This document shows positions 10,145-20,921 of a stretch of 64,000 bases of DNA, piece by piece. How positions within the stretch are numbered: the first letter of the stretch is position 1; every line of letters begins with the position of its first letter. The translations under genes were made by a program, and so were the position numbers. The DNA comes from Verrucomicrobiales bacterium (lineage in GTDB: Bacteria; Verrucomicrobiota; Verrucomicrobiia; Verrucomicrobiales; V1-33): the NCBI GenBank assembly GCA_031411295.1, contig JANOAV010000189.1:32001-96000 (forward strand). The letters are read 5' to 3'. The notes beneath the pieces are model-generated. The model was not told where the DNA came from. It made no database searches and saw only the letters and a list, made by a program, of their open reading frames with translations.

Positions 10145-12657
10145 AGCTTCACGCTCCTCAATCGCAGCGCATTTGAGATGACAGACAAGGAACTCAGGCT
10201 CATCGCGGCTCCGGCCAGCATGGGGCTGAGCAACAGGCCGAAGAAGGGATACAGCACCCCCGCCGCGACTGGAATGCCCAGCGCATTGTAGAGAAAGGCG
10301 AAGAACAGGTTCTGCCGGATGTTCCGCATCGTTGCGCGGCTGAGGCGGATGGCTTTGGCAATGCCGCGCAGGTCGCCTTTAACGAGGGTGATGCCAGCGC
10401 TTTGCATGGCAACGTCGGTGCCGGTGCCCATGGCAATGCCGACTTCTGCTTCGCTGAGCGCGGGGGCGTCGTTGATGCCGTCGCCAGCCATCGCGACGTG
10501 TTTACCTTCCTCGCGCAGCTTCTTCACGTGGGCGACTTTCCCGGCGGGTTCAATCTCCGCTTCCACGGCATCAAGGCCGAGTTGCTTGGCTACCACAGCC
10601 GCAGTGCGAACGTTGTCGCCCGTAAGCATGACAATCTTTAAGCCAAGCGCTTGAAGATCACGAATGGCTTCGGCGGTGGTGGTTTTAATTGGGTCAGCGA
10701 CAGCAAGCACGCCCGCCGGTTTGCCATCAATGGCGACAAACATCGCGGTCTTGCCTTCTTCTTGCAGTTTCACAGCCGACGCTTCCAGCGGCTCGAGACC
10801 ACGGATCTTTTCGTTCCGCAAGAAATCGGGTTTGCCGATCATCACCGCACGATCGGTGATGTTGCCGACCACGCCGCCCGCCGTCACCGAACGAAAGTCC
10901 TTAACGGATTCGAGGGTGACGCCTTGTTCCTTCGCTCCCTGCACCATCGCGGCAGCGAGCGGATGTTCGCTGTTCTGCTCCAAGGAGGCTGCAAGGCGCA
11001 GTAACTCTTTCGCATCGAATCCGCCGATGGGCAGGACATCCATGAGCTTGGGTTTGCCTTCCGTCAAAGTTCCCGTCTTGTCCACGACCAGGGTGGCGAC
11101 TTGCTCCAGACGTTCGAGGGACTCGGCGTTTTTCACGAGCACGCCTTCCTGTGCCCCGCGTCCGACGCCGACCATGATGGACATGGGTGTCGCCAGGCCG
11201 AGTGCGCACGGACACGCGATGATGAGGACCGCGACGGCGTTCACGAAGGCGTGCGCAAGCTTTGGCTCCGGCCCCAGCCACATCCAGAGGACGAAGGTAA
11301 TTACCGAAACCGCCACTACGATTGGCACGAAGATGCCTGCGACTTTGTCGGCGAGCCCCTGGATGGGCGCGCGGCTGCGCTGGGCTTCGGCCACCATGCT
11401 CACAATCTGCCCGAGCAACGTGTCGCTGCCGACGCGCTCGGCACGCATGACGAAACTGCCGGGGCCATTGACTGTGCCGCCCGTCACTTTGTCGCCGACA
11501 GATTTTTCTACCGGTAGCGGTTCGCCGGTGACCATGGATTCCTCCACGCTGGAGTGACCTTCGACCACCACGCCATCCACGGGCACCTTGTCGCCAGGCA
11601 CCACGCGCAACGAGTCGCCGACCTTCACCTGGTCGAGCGGGATTTCATGATCACCGCCCGGCGCGACCAGTCTCGCCGTCGGCGGTGCGAGGTTGAGCAA
11701 TGCTTTGATGGCGCTGCCCGTTCGACTGCGGGCGCGCAGTTCGAGCACCTGACCGAGGAGCACCAGCACCACGATCACCGCTGCGGCCTCAAAGTAGATG
11801 GCCGGCATGTTACCGTGTCCGGCTGCGGGTGGGAACGCCCGCGGGAACAACATGGTGACCGCGCTGAAAACATACGCCGCGCCGACGCCGAGCGCGATGA
11901 GGGTGAACATGTTCAGGCTGCGATTCACGAGGGACCGCCAGCCGCGCAAAAAGAACGGCCAAGCCCCCCACGACACAACCGGCGTGCTGAGAATAAACTG
12001 GCCCCAACGCGATACGTTGCCACTGAGCCATGCGGCGTGACTCCACGCGGGAACCAGGTGCGCCATCGCCACGATGAACACGGGCAACGTCAGTGCCGCG
12101 CTGATCCAAAAGCGCCTCGTCATGTTGTCCAGTTCGGAGTTCTCGTCATCATCCGCACCCACCACCGGTGTTTTCAGCACCAGCGTCATGCCGCACTTGG
12201 GGCAATCACCGGGATGATCTTGCTCAATCTCGGGATGCATCGAACAGGTGTAAATGGCTTTGCCTGCGCCTGGCGCAACCCACGCCGGATTTCGTTCCAA
12301 CGACATCCCGCACTTCGTGCAATCGCCGGGCTTGTCCGACTCCACGCAGGGACACATCGGGCAGAAATATTTGGAGGAAGCGGAAGGCGTCACTGCGGCG
12401 TGTTCGTGTTCGTTGCTTCGGTGTTTTGCCTGTTCGCTTTTTCCGCCGCAACAATCGCCGGAATCGCCCGTGGGTTTGGCAGCACCGCAGCAATCACCAT
12501 CCGATTTGGTCGCCGTGCTTTCAGACAGGAACTTTTGCCGGCAGTGCTCACTGCAAAAATAGAACGTCTGTCCGTCGCGTTCAGCCTGCGGTGCCATCGT
12601 TTCATCCACAGCCATCCCGCAAATCGGGTCTGTGGTTGCGGGGTTCAATTTTTTCAT
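10141..12657 (-). CDS. copA: Copper-translocating P1B-type ATPase with YHS/TRASH and two heavy-metal-binding domains
   Basis: [25 protein letters not shown] and MSLSS motifs; N-terminal DPICGM..FCSEHC and CPM/CSMHP domains. ATG 12657 overlaps the cusA stop (ATGA). Confidence 0.92.
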   Translation of the reverse strand: MKKLNPATTDPICGMAVDETMAPQAERDGQTFYFCSEHCRQKFLSESTATKSDGDCCGAAKPTGDSGDCCGGKSEQAKHRSNEHEHAAVTPSASSKYFCPMCPCVESDKPGDCTKCGMSLERNPAWVAPGAGKAIYTCSMHPEIEQDHPGDCPKCGMTLVLKTPVVGADDDENSELDNMTRRFWISAALTLPVFIVAMAHLVPAWSHAAWLSGNVSRWGQFILSTPVVSWGAWPFFLRGWRSLVNRSLNMFTLIALGVGAAYVFSAVTMLFPRAFPPAAGHGNMPAIYFEAAAVIVVLVLLGQVLELRARSRTGSAIKALLNLAPPTARLVAPGGDHEIPLDQVKVGDSLRVVPGDKVPVDGVVVEGHSSVEESMVTGEPLPVEKSVGDKVTGGTVNGPGSFVMRAERVGSDTLLGQIVSMVAEAQRSRAPIQGLADKVAGIFVPIVVAVSVITFVLWMWLGPEPKLAHAFVNAVAVLIIACPCALGLATPMSIMVGVGRGAQEGVLVKNAESLERLEQVATLVVDKTGTLTEGKPKLMDVLPIGGFDAKELLRLAASLEQNSEHPLAAAMVQGAKEQGVTLESVKDFRSVTAGGVVGNITDRAVMIGKPDFLRNEKIRGLEPLEASAVKLQEEGKTAMFVAIDGKPAGVLAVADPIKTTTAEAIRDLQALGLKIVMLTGDNVRTAAVVAKQLGLDAVEAEIEPAGKVAHVKKLREEGKHVAMAGDGINDAPALSEAEVGIAMGTGTDVAMQSAGITLVKGDLRGIAKAIRLSRATMRNIRQNLFFAFLYNALGIPVAAGVLYPFFGLLLSPMLAGAAMSLSSLSVISNALRLRSVKL

Positions 12658-15600
12658 AGTCGTGCTTCTTCCTGGGTGGTTGCGGTCATTGATTCTTGCT
12701 TCGCGTTTCCCTTCGTTTGGGCGCGTTTCCATTTCCATTCCTCGACGGCACAGAAGAGCGTGGGCGCGATGAAGATGGTGACGAGCAGACTGACGGCTAG
12801 TCCTCCGATGCTAGGGATGGCCATGGGCTGCATCACGTCCGAGCCGCGGCCTGTGGCCCAGAAGATGGGCATGAGGCCAAAGACGGTAGTGGAGAGCGTC
12901 ATCAAGCAGGGGCGGATGCGCTTCAACCCAGCCTGGACGACGGCTTCACGTATCTCCTGCACGGAGGTGGGCTGCAACTTATCAAAGATGTCTTCGAGGT
13001 AAGTGGATATGACAACTCCATCGTCATCGGCCACGCCGAAGAGCACGAGAAAGCCGACCCACACAGCGACGGAGAGGTTCGCGCCCCACCAGGCCAGCAT
13101 GATGAATCCGCCTGCTGCCGAGGTGAGAATGCCCAAGTAAATGATCGGCGCGATCCACCAGCGACGGAAGCCGAGGTAGAGCATGACGATCATGATGAAC
13201 AAGGTGACCGGCACGAGGATTTGCATCCGCGCGGTCGCACGTCGCTGGCTTTCGAACTGGCCGCTCCATTCCCAGTAATAACCAGATGGCAACGTGAGTC
13301 GTCCGTCCTTCAAGGCGGTTTGCAGTAGTTTCTCGGCATCTTCGACAACGCTGATTTCATCGCGGTCGCGCGTGTTCATGGTCACGTAACCGACGAGCAA
13401 CCCGCGCTCGCCTTTGATCTCTTGGGGACCAAGCACGCTCTTGATGGTGAGGACTTGCGCGAGCGGCACTTGCGCCATCGTGCTTGAGGGCACGAGGATC
13501 TTCTCAAGCTCGGGAATGTCTTCGCGAAACTCGCGCAGGTAGCGGACACGAATCGGATAGCGCTCGCGTCCCTCGACCGACTCCATGAGGTTCATGCCGC
13601 CTATGGCCGTCTCGATCACATCCTGCACATCGCGAATGTTCACGCCATAGCGGGCGATGCGATCACGGTCGATTTCAAACTCCAAGTAAGGTTTGCCGAC
13701 AATGCGATCCGCGACCACGTCGGTGGAGCCGGGCACTTCTTTGAGCAGGGATTCGATCTGGAGGCCGAGGCGTTCGATCTCCTTCAAATCACTGCCATAA
13801 ATCTTCACACCCATCATCGCACGGAAGCCGGTTTGCAGCATGGTGATGCGGGTTTGAATCGGTTGCAGCCACGTCGGCAACACGCCAGGCATGGAGGTCT
13901 TCATTTGCAGCTCGCCAAGAATTTCAGCCTTGGTAATGCGGCGTTCCTCTGGTGCTAGCCAAGCGAGTGGAGCCTTGAGCCAGCCGGGCCAGTCGGAGAA
14001 CCAGCGCTGCACCGGAAAGGTGCGCCATTGAGCTTCCTGCTTCAAAATAACAATACTCTCCAGCATGGAGATGGGCGCGGGATCGAGCGCGCTCTCGGCA
14101 CGTCCGAGTTTGCCGACAACGGATTCAACTTCGGGCACGCTGGCGATGGCGAGGTCTTGTTTTGCATTCACTTCGATCGCGGGACCAAGACCCGTCTGCG
14201 GCAGCAGCGATGGCATGTAAAGGAACGAACCTTCATCCAGCGGCGGCATAAACTCGCGTCCAATGCCGGGCAGGAAGCGGTGTTCGGAGGTGACCTTTGC
14301 GCCAGAGGCAACTTCAGTGGCGCGATCACGCGGATCTTGCCGACGCCAAAGGATGCGTTGATGCGTGGAGCCATTCTTGTCTTCCACGCGTTGCCAACGA
14401 ACTTGATCCAACTCGACCAAGGGGCGCGTCGCATCTTCATCGGGACTCAGACTCATCTCACGTTTCAACTCTGGTGATGCTTTTTCGCGAGCGAAAAGAT
14501 TGATACCCCAACCGATGGGAGCCAGCGTCGTTCCGGCACCGAGCCAGATGGTGATCCCGGTAAACAGGATCAGCAATGGCGCGAGCATGAAGGTCTTTTT
14601 GTGCCCGAGAATCCAGCGCAACGTGGGGTCGTAAACTTTAAACACACTGCGTGAAACGGCGTTCTCTTCGAGCGGCAGGAATCGCTCTTTGGTCATTCGG
14701 AAAACAGCTAGTGCAACCATGATACCGACTGCAATGGACATCGGCCATCCGCTGTAGTGGCCGAGGTCCGTGGTCCACACGAGGATGAGATGAAGCGCGA
14801 AGGCGCTGGCGATGCCGAGCCCCGTGGCCATGCCCCACACGATCTGTTTCTTCCATTTCACCGGATAGAAAAGGAAGTAACACATCAACGGCACGACGGT
14901 GATGGCGAGGATGACGGAACCGCTGATGGCGAAGGTTTTCGTGAAGGCGAGTGGGCGAAACATTTTCCCTTCCTGATCAGCTAGGAAGAACACGGGAATG
15001 AAGGACACGAGCGTGTTCGAGACGGCCGTGATGATCGCGCCACCGACCTCCGATGCGCCTTCGTAAATGGTGTCGAAGTAGCTTTTCGATTCGTCCTTCA
15101 TCGCGACGTGTCGATAGATATTCTCCGTCATGGTGATGCCCATGTCACCCACATCTCCGATGGCGATAGCGAGACCTGCGAGCGACATGATGTTCGAATC
15201 GACGCCAAAAACATACATGAGGATGAAGCACATTGCGACGCTGAGCGGGAAGGTTATTAGCACGGAGAGCGTGCTACGCAAGTGCAGCAGGAAGATGAGG
15301 ATCACGAGGCTGCCGAGGATGGCTTCCTCCACGAGCGCTCCTTTGAGCGTGCCGATGGTTTCCTTTACAATGGTCGTGCGATCATAGAACGGCACGATGT
15401 GAGCTTTGGAAATGCGACCGTCCGCTAGCTTCTTCTGTGGGAGGCCAGGCTCGAGCTGCTTGATCTTTTGTTTCACGCGCTCGACGACGTGCTGGGGGTT
15501 TTCGCCATAGCGCATCAACACCACACCGCCCACCACTTCCTTCCCGTTCTTGTCCAGCGAACCTCGGCGGAAGTCGGGTCCGAGGGTGACGGTGGCCACG

Positions 15601-16373
15601 TTCTTCAATTGAATGGGCGTGCCGCCCTCCTGCCGGATGACCACTTTTTCCAAGTCCTCCACGGACTTGATGAAGCCGATGCCACGGATGAAAAACTCGA
15701 CGCCATTTTTCTCCAGCACTTTCGCGCCCACGTCGATGTTGGCTTTCCGCACCGCCTCGTTCACTTCCATCAAGGTGACGCGATGCGCGCGCAGTTTGTC
15801 AGGATGGATGTCGATCTGATACTGCTTCACAAAGCCGCCGATGCTGGCGACTTCACTTACACCTTCCTCAGCATTTAGCTGATAGCGGAGATACCAATCC
15901 TGAATCGAACGCAGTTCCGCAAGATCAAAACCCTCGCCTTCGACCGTATACCAAAAGACCTGACCAAGCGCAGTGGCGTCCGGGCCGATGACCGGCACCA
16001 CGCCTTTGGGCAAACGTTGCTGCACGACGTTCATGCGTTCGATGACGCGCGACCGCGCCCAATAGTAATCAATGTCATCTTTGAAAATGACGAAGACCAT
16101 CGAGAAGCCGAAGCCCGACATGCTGCGGATGGCCTTCACGCCGGGCGTGCCAGTGAGTGCCGTGGTTAGCGGAAAGGTGATCTGATTGTCCACATCCTGC
16201 GGTGAGCGACCATCCCAGTCGGCATAAACAATCACTTGTTTTTCACCAATGTCAGGGATCGCATCGACCGGCGTTTGCTTCAAGGCATAGGCACCGCCAA
16301 AGATCAACGCCAACACTCCCACAATCACCATGAAGGGATTGCGCAGACATGAACGGATGATCCAGGACGTCAT
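12654..16373 (-). CDS. cusA: CusA/SilA-family heavy-metal RND permease
   Basis: [45 protein letters not shown] and MQPMAIP motifs. Confidence 0.93.
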   Translation of the reverse strand: MTSWIIRSCLRNPFMVIVGVLALIFGGAYALKQTPVDAIPDIGEKQVIVYADWDGRSPQDVDNQITFPLTTALTGTPGVKAIRSMSGFGFSMVFVIFKDDIDYYWARSRVIERMNVVQQRLPKGVVPVIGPDATALGQVFWYTVEGEGFDLAELRSIQDWYLRYQLNAEEGVSEVASIGGFVKQYQIDIHPDKLRAHRVTLMEVNEAVRKANIDVGAKVLEKNGVEFFIRGIGFIKSVEDLEKVVIRQEGGTPIQLKNVATVTLGPDFRRGSLDKNGKEVVGGVVLMRYGENPQHVVERVKQKIKQLEPGLPQKKLADGRISKAHIVPFYDRTTIVKETIGTLKGALVEEAILGSLVILIFLLHLRSTLSVLITFPLSVAMCFILMYVFGVDSNIMSLAGLAIAIGDVGDMGITMTENIYRHVAMKDESKSYFDTIYEGASEVGGAIITAVSNTLVSFIPVFFLADQEGKMFRPLAFTKTFAISGSVILAITVVPLMCYFLFYPVKWKKQIVWGMATGLGIASAFALHLILVWTTDLGHYSGWPMSIAVGIMVALAVFRMTKERFLPLEENAVSRSVFKVYDPTLRWILGHKKTFMLAPLLILFTGITIWLGAGTTLAPIGWGINLFAREKASPELKREMSLSPDEDATRPLVELDQVRWQRVEDKNGSTHQRILWRRQDPRDRATEVASGAKVTSEHRFLPGIGREFMPPLDEGSFLYMPSLLPQTGLGPAIEVNAKQDLAIASVPEVESVVGKLGRAESALDPAPISMLESIVILKQEAQWRTFPVQRWFSDWPGWLKAPLAWLAPEERRITKAEILGELQMKTSMPGVLPTWLQPIQTRITMLQTGFRAMMGVKIYGSDLKEIERLGLQIESLLKEVPGSTDVVADRIVGKPYLEFEIDRDRIARYGVNIRDVQDVIETAIGGMNLMESVEGRERYPIRVRYLREFREDIPELEKILVPSSTMAQVPLAQVLTIKSVLGPQEIKGERGLLVGYVTMNTRDRDEISVVEDAEKLLQTALKDGRLTLPSGYYWEWSGQFESQRRATARMQILVPVTLFIMIVMLYLGFRRWWIAPIIYLGILTSAAGGFIMLAWWGANLSVAVWVGFLVLFGVADDDGVVISTYLEDIFDKLQPTSVQEIREAVVQAGLKRIRPCLMTLSTTVFGLMPIFWATGRGSDVMQPMAIPSIGGLAVSLLVTIFIAPTLFCAVEEWKWKRAQTKGNAKQESMTATTQEEARL

Positions 16374-16381
16374 AGTGTTGA

Positions 16382-17824
16382 TCAGTGTTGGTGAGCTGGA
16401 GGTGTCGATGCCGGCGCCGTTTTCGCAGGAGGCATCGCCATTCCTTCGTGAGCTGAATGATCGACAGGCTTCGGGTCTTTGGCGGCAGGTGGTGGCGGAG
16501 TTGGCGCATCCTTCGTCGCAGGCATCGACATTCCACCGTGACCAGCATGCCCGGCTGAAGGTGCCTGGCCTTTAGGATAGAACAGGCTAGGCAAGCCTGC
16601 GATTTGGAACTGTGAGTCGAGCAGGAAATTGCCACGAACCACCACTCGATCCCCTGCCTTCAGGCCATCGAGCACGGGATAATAATCTCCGCTGCGAGGT
16701 CCAACCTTGACTTCAACAGGACGATACACATCCTCGCTCACCTCCACATGCACCAGCTTCCTCGTGCCGGAATCGAGCACGGCGGTGAGCGGGATCGCCA
16801 GCGCTTGTGCGGCTGGCTTTGCAGGCTCCGGTTTGCCGGGAATTTGCACGAGCGCCATGCGGCACACCGGACACGGACCCGCTTCATCGCGCAGCACTTG
16901 TGGATGCATTGGGCATGACCACCGGCCTTCAACACCGCTCGGAGCCGCCGTCCCGTCGGCCAGCAGCGGCACCTCCACTTGAGCGCTGACAAACATGCCC
17001 GGCTTGAGTTTGCGATCCTTGTTCTGCAACGACACAATGACCTTCACGGTGCGCGTTTCTTCGCTCAGCGTTGGATTGATGAACCACACGCGGCCCGTGA
17101 AGATCTCGCCAGGATACGACTCCGTGGTGGCGACAACTTCCTGTCCATAGCGGATCATTCCCAGTTCATATTCGTAAATGTCGAGATAGAGCCAGACGGA
17201 ATCGAGATTCGCCAGCTTGTAGAGCATCTCCCCTGGCTTCACCATGCTGTTCTGCACGACCATTTTCTCCGTGACGGTTCCGCCCATCGGTGCCATCAGC
17301 GTGACGCGTTCCGTGACTTTGCCATTCTTTAAAAACTCGTCGATCTGCTCCGGCAGCAGGCCCCAGCGTTCTAGCTTGGTTCGTGCCGCAACCAGCAACG
17401 TTTTGTCCGTCGGATCTTTGCTGCCTAGCAATAGTTCTCGCTGAGCGACCGCAAGATCAGGGCTGTAAATCTCCACGAGGTGATCGCCCTTCGTCACCTC
17501 CACGCCCGTGAAATTTACGAACAAATTCTCCACGTAGCCTTCCACACGGCTCGTGATCGTTGCGAGTCCGGTTTCGTTATAGCCGATTTTCCCGAACACC
17601 CGCAATGAGTGTTTCAAGTCACGTCGCTCTACAACTACCGTTTCCAGCGCTGCCCGTTCTTGCGCGGCCTCCGCAACGTGCAGTGTGCCCTCGCCCATGT
17701 CGTGAGCTGCGTCGTGACCTTGATGCTCACCCGCACTTGGAGCTGGACGCGAACTCCAGAAGATGATGGCCACTGCCAGCACAACCAGGCTCACGATAGT
17801 AATGATGAGACGTTTGCTTTTCAT
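16382..17824 (-). CDS. cusB: CusB-like periplasmic adaptor (membrane fusion protein)
   Basis: IYSPDL..AQREL, LKPGMFV, WSCPMHP metal-binding insert, GNFLLDS; His/Met-rich tail. Confidence 0.9.
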   Translation of the reverse strand: MKSKRLIITIVSLVVLAVAIIFWSSRPAPSAGEHQGHDAAHDMGEGTLHVAEAAQERAALETVVVERRDLKHSLRVFGKIGYNETGLATITSRVEGYVENLFVNFTGVEVTKGDHLVEIYSPDLAVAQRELLLGSKDPTDKTLLVAARTKLERWGLLPEQIDEFLKNGKVTERVTLMAPMGGTVTEKMVVQNSMVKPGEMLYKLANLDSVWLYLDIYEYELGMIRYGQEVVATTESYPGEIFTGRVWFINPTLSEETRTVKVIVSLQNKDRKLKPGMFVSAQVEVPLLADGTAAPSGVEGRWSCPMHPQVLRDEAGPCPVCRMALVQIPGKPEPAKPAAQALAIPLTAVLDSGTRKLVHVEVSEDVYRPVEVKVGPRSGDYYPVLDGLKAGDRVVVRGNFLLDSQFQIAGLPSLFYPKGQAPSAGHAGHGGMSMPATKDAPTPPPPAAKDPKPVDHSAHEGMAMPPAKTAPASTPPAHQH

Positions 17825-17836
17825 GATAGGGATTTC

Positions 17837-19060
17837 TCAGCGAATGTTTTGACCAAGAGCCGCCTTCCAGCGGACACGAGCGAGATGGAAATCGCGGAGT
17901 GCATTCACGCGGTCCATTTCCACCATGAGAAGCTGATCGCGTGCCCGCAGCAGATCTTGCAGTGAGGCTTTGTTATTCGTATAGGTCTCGCGGACGCGTT
18001 CGATTTGCTGCCTTGCCAGCGGGAGCAGTTGCGCTGTGTTCTCGTCAATGAATGGCAGCAGCCGATCCATCTCCTTCTTCGCTGAAGCCACTTCGCCACC
18101 CGCCTTCAATCGCAGCGCCTGCACTTCAGCCTCGGCTCGCGAACGCATGGCCATGGTCTCTGCGATCTCGCCTTGGTTCTTGTTCCAGAAGGGCAGCGGA
18201 ATGGACACCTTCACGCCGATCATGGTTTCGTTTCTTAGCCCCATCGGCTCATCCATAGTGCGTGCTTGTTCCACCATCACGCCAGCGGAAATGTCCTCCC
18301 ACTTCTTGGCTTTGGCGAGATCCACCGATTGCCCTGCTGCATTCGCGCGATGCAATGCCGCTTGAATATCCGGCCGTGAATCACCCGACACCGCGTTAGC
18401 TGCAGCGTGGGCTTCAGGCAACGTTCCTGTCACCTCTAGCTCATCATTGGCCGAGAGCCCCAGCATGGGCTTGAGCGACTCATTCATGGCCGCAATCCCC
18501 GCCTGCAACTTGACGATCGAGTTGCGCTGCTGTCGCGCTTCCAGCCGCATTTGCCCGGCATCAATCGCGGACTCGTTAGCCGCGGCGCGCGCCGTCGCGA
18601 TCTCCGTCAGTTTCTCCGCCAGCGTCGCCTGGCTTTCCTGAATGCCGATCTCGGCACGCATCGCAAGAATTTTCACAGCCATGGTTTCCGCCTCGGCAAC
18701 AAGCATCCGCTGCTTGTCGGCCACCTCCGCTTCTGCAGCCGCGATCTGAGCCGCCGTCATGGCCCTCTCCAAACGCAGCCGGGCAGTGAGCGGAAATTTT
18801 TGCATCAGCGCCACACCATAGGCGCCCTCGCGCCCCATCGTCATGCGCCGACCATTCACTTCCACCTCAGGATTCATCAGCCGCCCCGCGCCCAGATGCC
18901 TGCCCTTCGCCTCATCAATCATGAACCGCGCAGCAACGAGTTCAGGATTTTTTGCAGAGATTTGTTGCTCGATATCATCCAATGTTGCCCCAACTGTAGG
19001 AACTAGCATCCCCATCATTACAACGGAGGCTGTTAATAGAGTATGGGATAGAAAATTCAT
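17837..19060 (-). CDS. TolC-family outer membrane efflux protein (CusC/CzcC-like)
   Basis: NPEL..AR, RPDIQAA and SIPLPFWNKNQGEI motifs; lies upstream of the adaptor and permease. Confidence 0.9.
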   Translation of the reverse strand: MNFLSHTLLTASVVMMGMLVPTVGATLDDIEQQISAKNPELVAARFMIDEAKGRHLGAGRLMNPEVEVNGRRMTMGREGAYGVALMQKFPLTARLRLERAMTAAQIAAAEAEVADKQRMLVAEAETMAVKILAMRAEIGIQESQATLAEKLTEIATARAAANESAIDAGQMRLEARQQRNSIVKLQAGIAAMNESLKPMLGLSANDELEVTGTLPEAHAAANAVSGDSRPDIQAALHRANAAGQSVDLAKAKKWEDISAGVMVEQARTMDEPMGLRNETMIGVKVSIPLPFWNKNQGEIAETMAMRSRAEAEVQALRLKAGGEVASAKKEMDRLLPFIDENTAQLLPLARQQIERVRETYTNNKASLQDLLRARDQLLMVEMDRVNALRDFHLARVRWKAALGQNIR

Positions 19061-19343
19061 CAGATGTTAAGTGGTTCAGAATTAACTGCGTGGTCAGGCA
19101 GTCTCAGACATGCTGATCTGTGGGGAAAACGGATGGCCATTGGTTGGTAACTTGCTATCCAGCAGATGACGTGAGGAGGATGGCTCCCGAGTCAGGGCAT
19201 CCATTTTCACATCATCGCCCGCCTGCGCTAATTTAAGGTTTTCTAGCTTGAGCCTGACTCGGCCAGCCTCCTAACGTCGGCTGCAACGTGACCAGATCCC
19301 GCAGATCAACCATTTTCCCCGCCTGAGAAAAGATTTCCCGTTC

Positions 19344-19514
19344 CTATTGCCCTGCCATGCCTGAGTTAGGCATGACATAGCCGCTGGCGGGAGCACCCAT
19401 GGTATGCACACCCGTTGATGATTTCTTCGGGGCAGTCTCACAACTGGAGAATGCAAGACTGGTAAAGATGGCGAATCCGAATCCTGCCAGGGCCGTTTTA
19501 GGTTTGATTTTCAT
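19344..19514 (-). CDS. Small lipoprotein (56 aa), absent from the ORF track
   Basis: Manual translation gives MKIKPKTALAGFGFAIFTSLAFSSCETAPKKSSTGVHTMGAPASGYVMPNSGMAGQ*, with lipobox FSSC and a His/Met-containing mature part. Confidence 0.7.
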   Translation of the reverse strand: MKIKPKTALAGFGFAIFTSLAFSSCETAPKKSSTGVHTMGAPASGYVMPNSGMAGQ

Positions 19515-19632
19515 ATGCTATGATCGATGATACATCAGATTATCGTTTGTGAAATTACTGAGTGTCTTGGACGGCTTGGGCCATCAGCATCTTGGGGGGG
19601 GAGTCCCCAAGACCTGGATGAAACTCAGTTGC

Positions 19633-19941
19633 TTAGTGCTGCGTGCAGTGAGTCATGGCACCACCGCAATGGGTGCAGGTGTGTTTGAGTTGACCGGTTT
19701 TGAAGAAGGTCGTCACCGCAGATTGGCAATCAGGACAGTTCATGGATTTCTGATTGGAGTAGGTCATATAGCCTTTGCCGCCTGGACCTGGTGATGCGGT
19801 CTTGACCCAGACGGTTTTACATTTGTCACAGGTGACAGCATCTGCGCCTGCGGTGGCACCACCGGTGGATTGACAGGAAGACATGAGCGTGGCCAGACCA
19901 AGGCTGCTGGCAAGAATGAGGAGGCGTGATTTGAGTTTCAT
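19633..19941 (-). CDS. Cys/His-rich lipoprotein, copy 1
   Basis: Lipobox MSSC; CDKC, CPDC, CTHC and HCTQH motifs. Confidence 0.85.
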   Translation of the reverse strand: MKLKSRLLILASSLGLATLMSSCQSTGGATAGADAVTCDKCKTVWVKTASPGPGGKGYMTYSNQKSMNCPDCQSAVTTFFKTGQLKHTCTHCGGAMTHCTQH

Positions 19942-20055
19942 AGAATCTGTTTTGTTTGTTTTTTTATGTTATAATTACCAACTACTTATTTTAATTGATG
20001 AGTTCACCTCTGGCGATGGGGTGTAACCCTACCACCGGGTTGAAATGAAACGCAC

Positions 20056-20364
20056 TTAGTGCTGCGTGCAGTGAGTCATGGCACCACCGCAATGGCTGCA
20101 GGTGTGTTTAAGTTCACCAGTCTTGAAGAAGGTCGTCACCGCAGATTGGCAATCAGGACAGTTCATGGATTTCTGATTAGAGTAGGTCATGTAGCCTTTG
20201 CCGCCTGGGCCTGGCGATGCGGTCTTGACCCAAACGGTTTTACATTTGTCACAGGTGACGGCATCTGATCCGGCGGCGGCACCACCAGTGGATTGACAGG
20301 AAGACATGAGCGTGGCCAGACCGAGGCTGCTGGCGAGGATGAGGAGGCGTGTCTTGAGTTTCAT
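20056..20364 (-). CDS. Cys/His-rich lipoprotein, copy 2
   Basis: 97 of 102 residues identical to copy 1. Confidence 0.85.
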   Translation of the reverse strand: MKLKTRLLILASSLGLATLMSSCQSTGGAAAGSDAVTCDKCKTVWVKTASPGPGGKGYMTYSNQKSMNCPDCQSAVTTFFKTGELKHTCSHCGGAMTHCTQH

Positions 20365-20420
20365 AGTTTTGGTATTATTATGGTTTTTGGTTTCGTCCGA
20401 TGGTCATCATCGGAAAAGTT

Positions 20421-20705
20421 TTAGGCGTGGGTCGGATGCTGTTCGTGGAAGGATTCGCAAAGGATGTGGAGCACGGTAGGAGTTAGTGAGGCGGTGCCCG
20501 CCAGCAGCTTGAGTTCGATTTTTCCTGAATTGTTAAAGATGGTGAGTAAACACTCGGCAAATCCGCGACTGTATGAGGAGCAGCCAGCATGGAAATCTAT
20601 CGCCCCAGCACCACAGTCCAAAGTGGCACTGACGGCCCGGTAGCTTCGCGCCGAGCCCTTGGCATCGGTGAGGTTGATTTCGAGCAAAGTGGCGATTGGT
20701 TTCAT
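20421..20705 (-). CDS. Hypothetical protein resembling the F1 ATP synthase epsilon N-terminal domain
   Basis: Length and hydrophobic/Gly pattern align by eye with the epsilon beta-sandwich (LEINLTD..SATLDCGAGAIDFHAG..AGTASLTPTVLHILCES). Confidence 0.45.
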   Translation of the reverse strand: MKPIATLLEINLTDAKGSARSYRAVSATLDCGAGAIDFHAGCSSYSRGFAECLLTIFNNSGKIELKLLAGTASLTPTVLHILCESFHEQHPTHA

Positions 20706-20771
20706 TAGGGAGACTATAGCCGCTGCTTAGGTGCAATACTGCGCATCTACCCGGAACCATGGCGCATTTTT

Positions 20772-20849
20772 TTAGATTTCAGCCGCTCTAGCCAGTCCGG
20801 CGCGAAACTCACGTAGGCTGACTCCGCAGATCTTTCTGATCGTCCTTCT
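20772..20849 (-). pseudogene. 3' remnant of an AraC-family gene
   Basis: Translates as RRTIRKICGVSLREFRAGLARAAEI*; compare NRTFKQVTGMSPRAYRA at the end of the intact AraC at 24947. Confidence 0.45.
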
Positions 20850-20921
20850 CCAGCCAGTCCACCGACATCCAGTCCCGGTTTTTACCATGGAGTAAATCAC
20901 TACTAATGGTGACCGATCTGG

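Larger units (their letters stand above)
19633..20364 (-). repeat. Tandem gene duplication (period 423 bp)
   Basis: Near-identical 309-nt coding sequences with dissimilar flanks. Confidence 0.95.

Noticed and set aside
19061..19340. Possible remnant ORF upstream of the TolC gene
   Set aside because: An open stretch exists but has no convincing start or recognisable motif.
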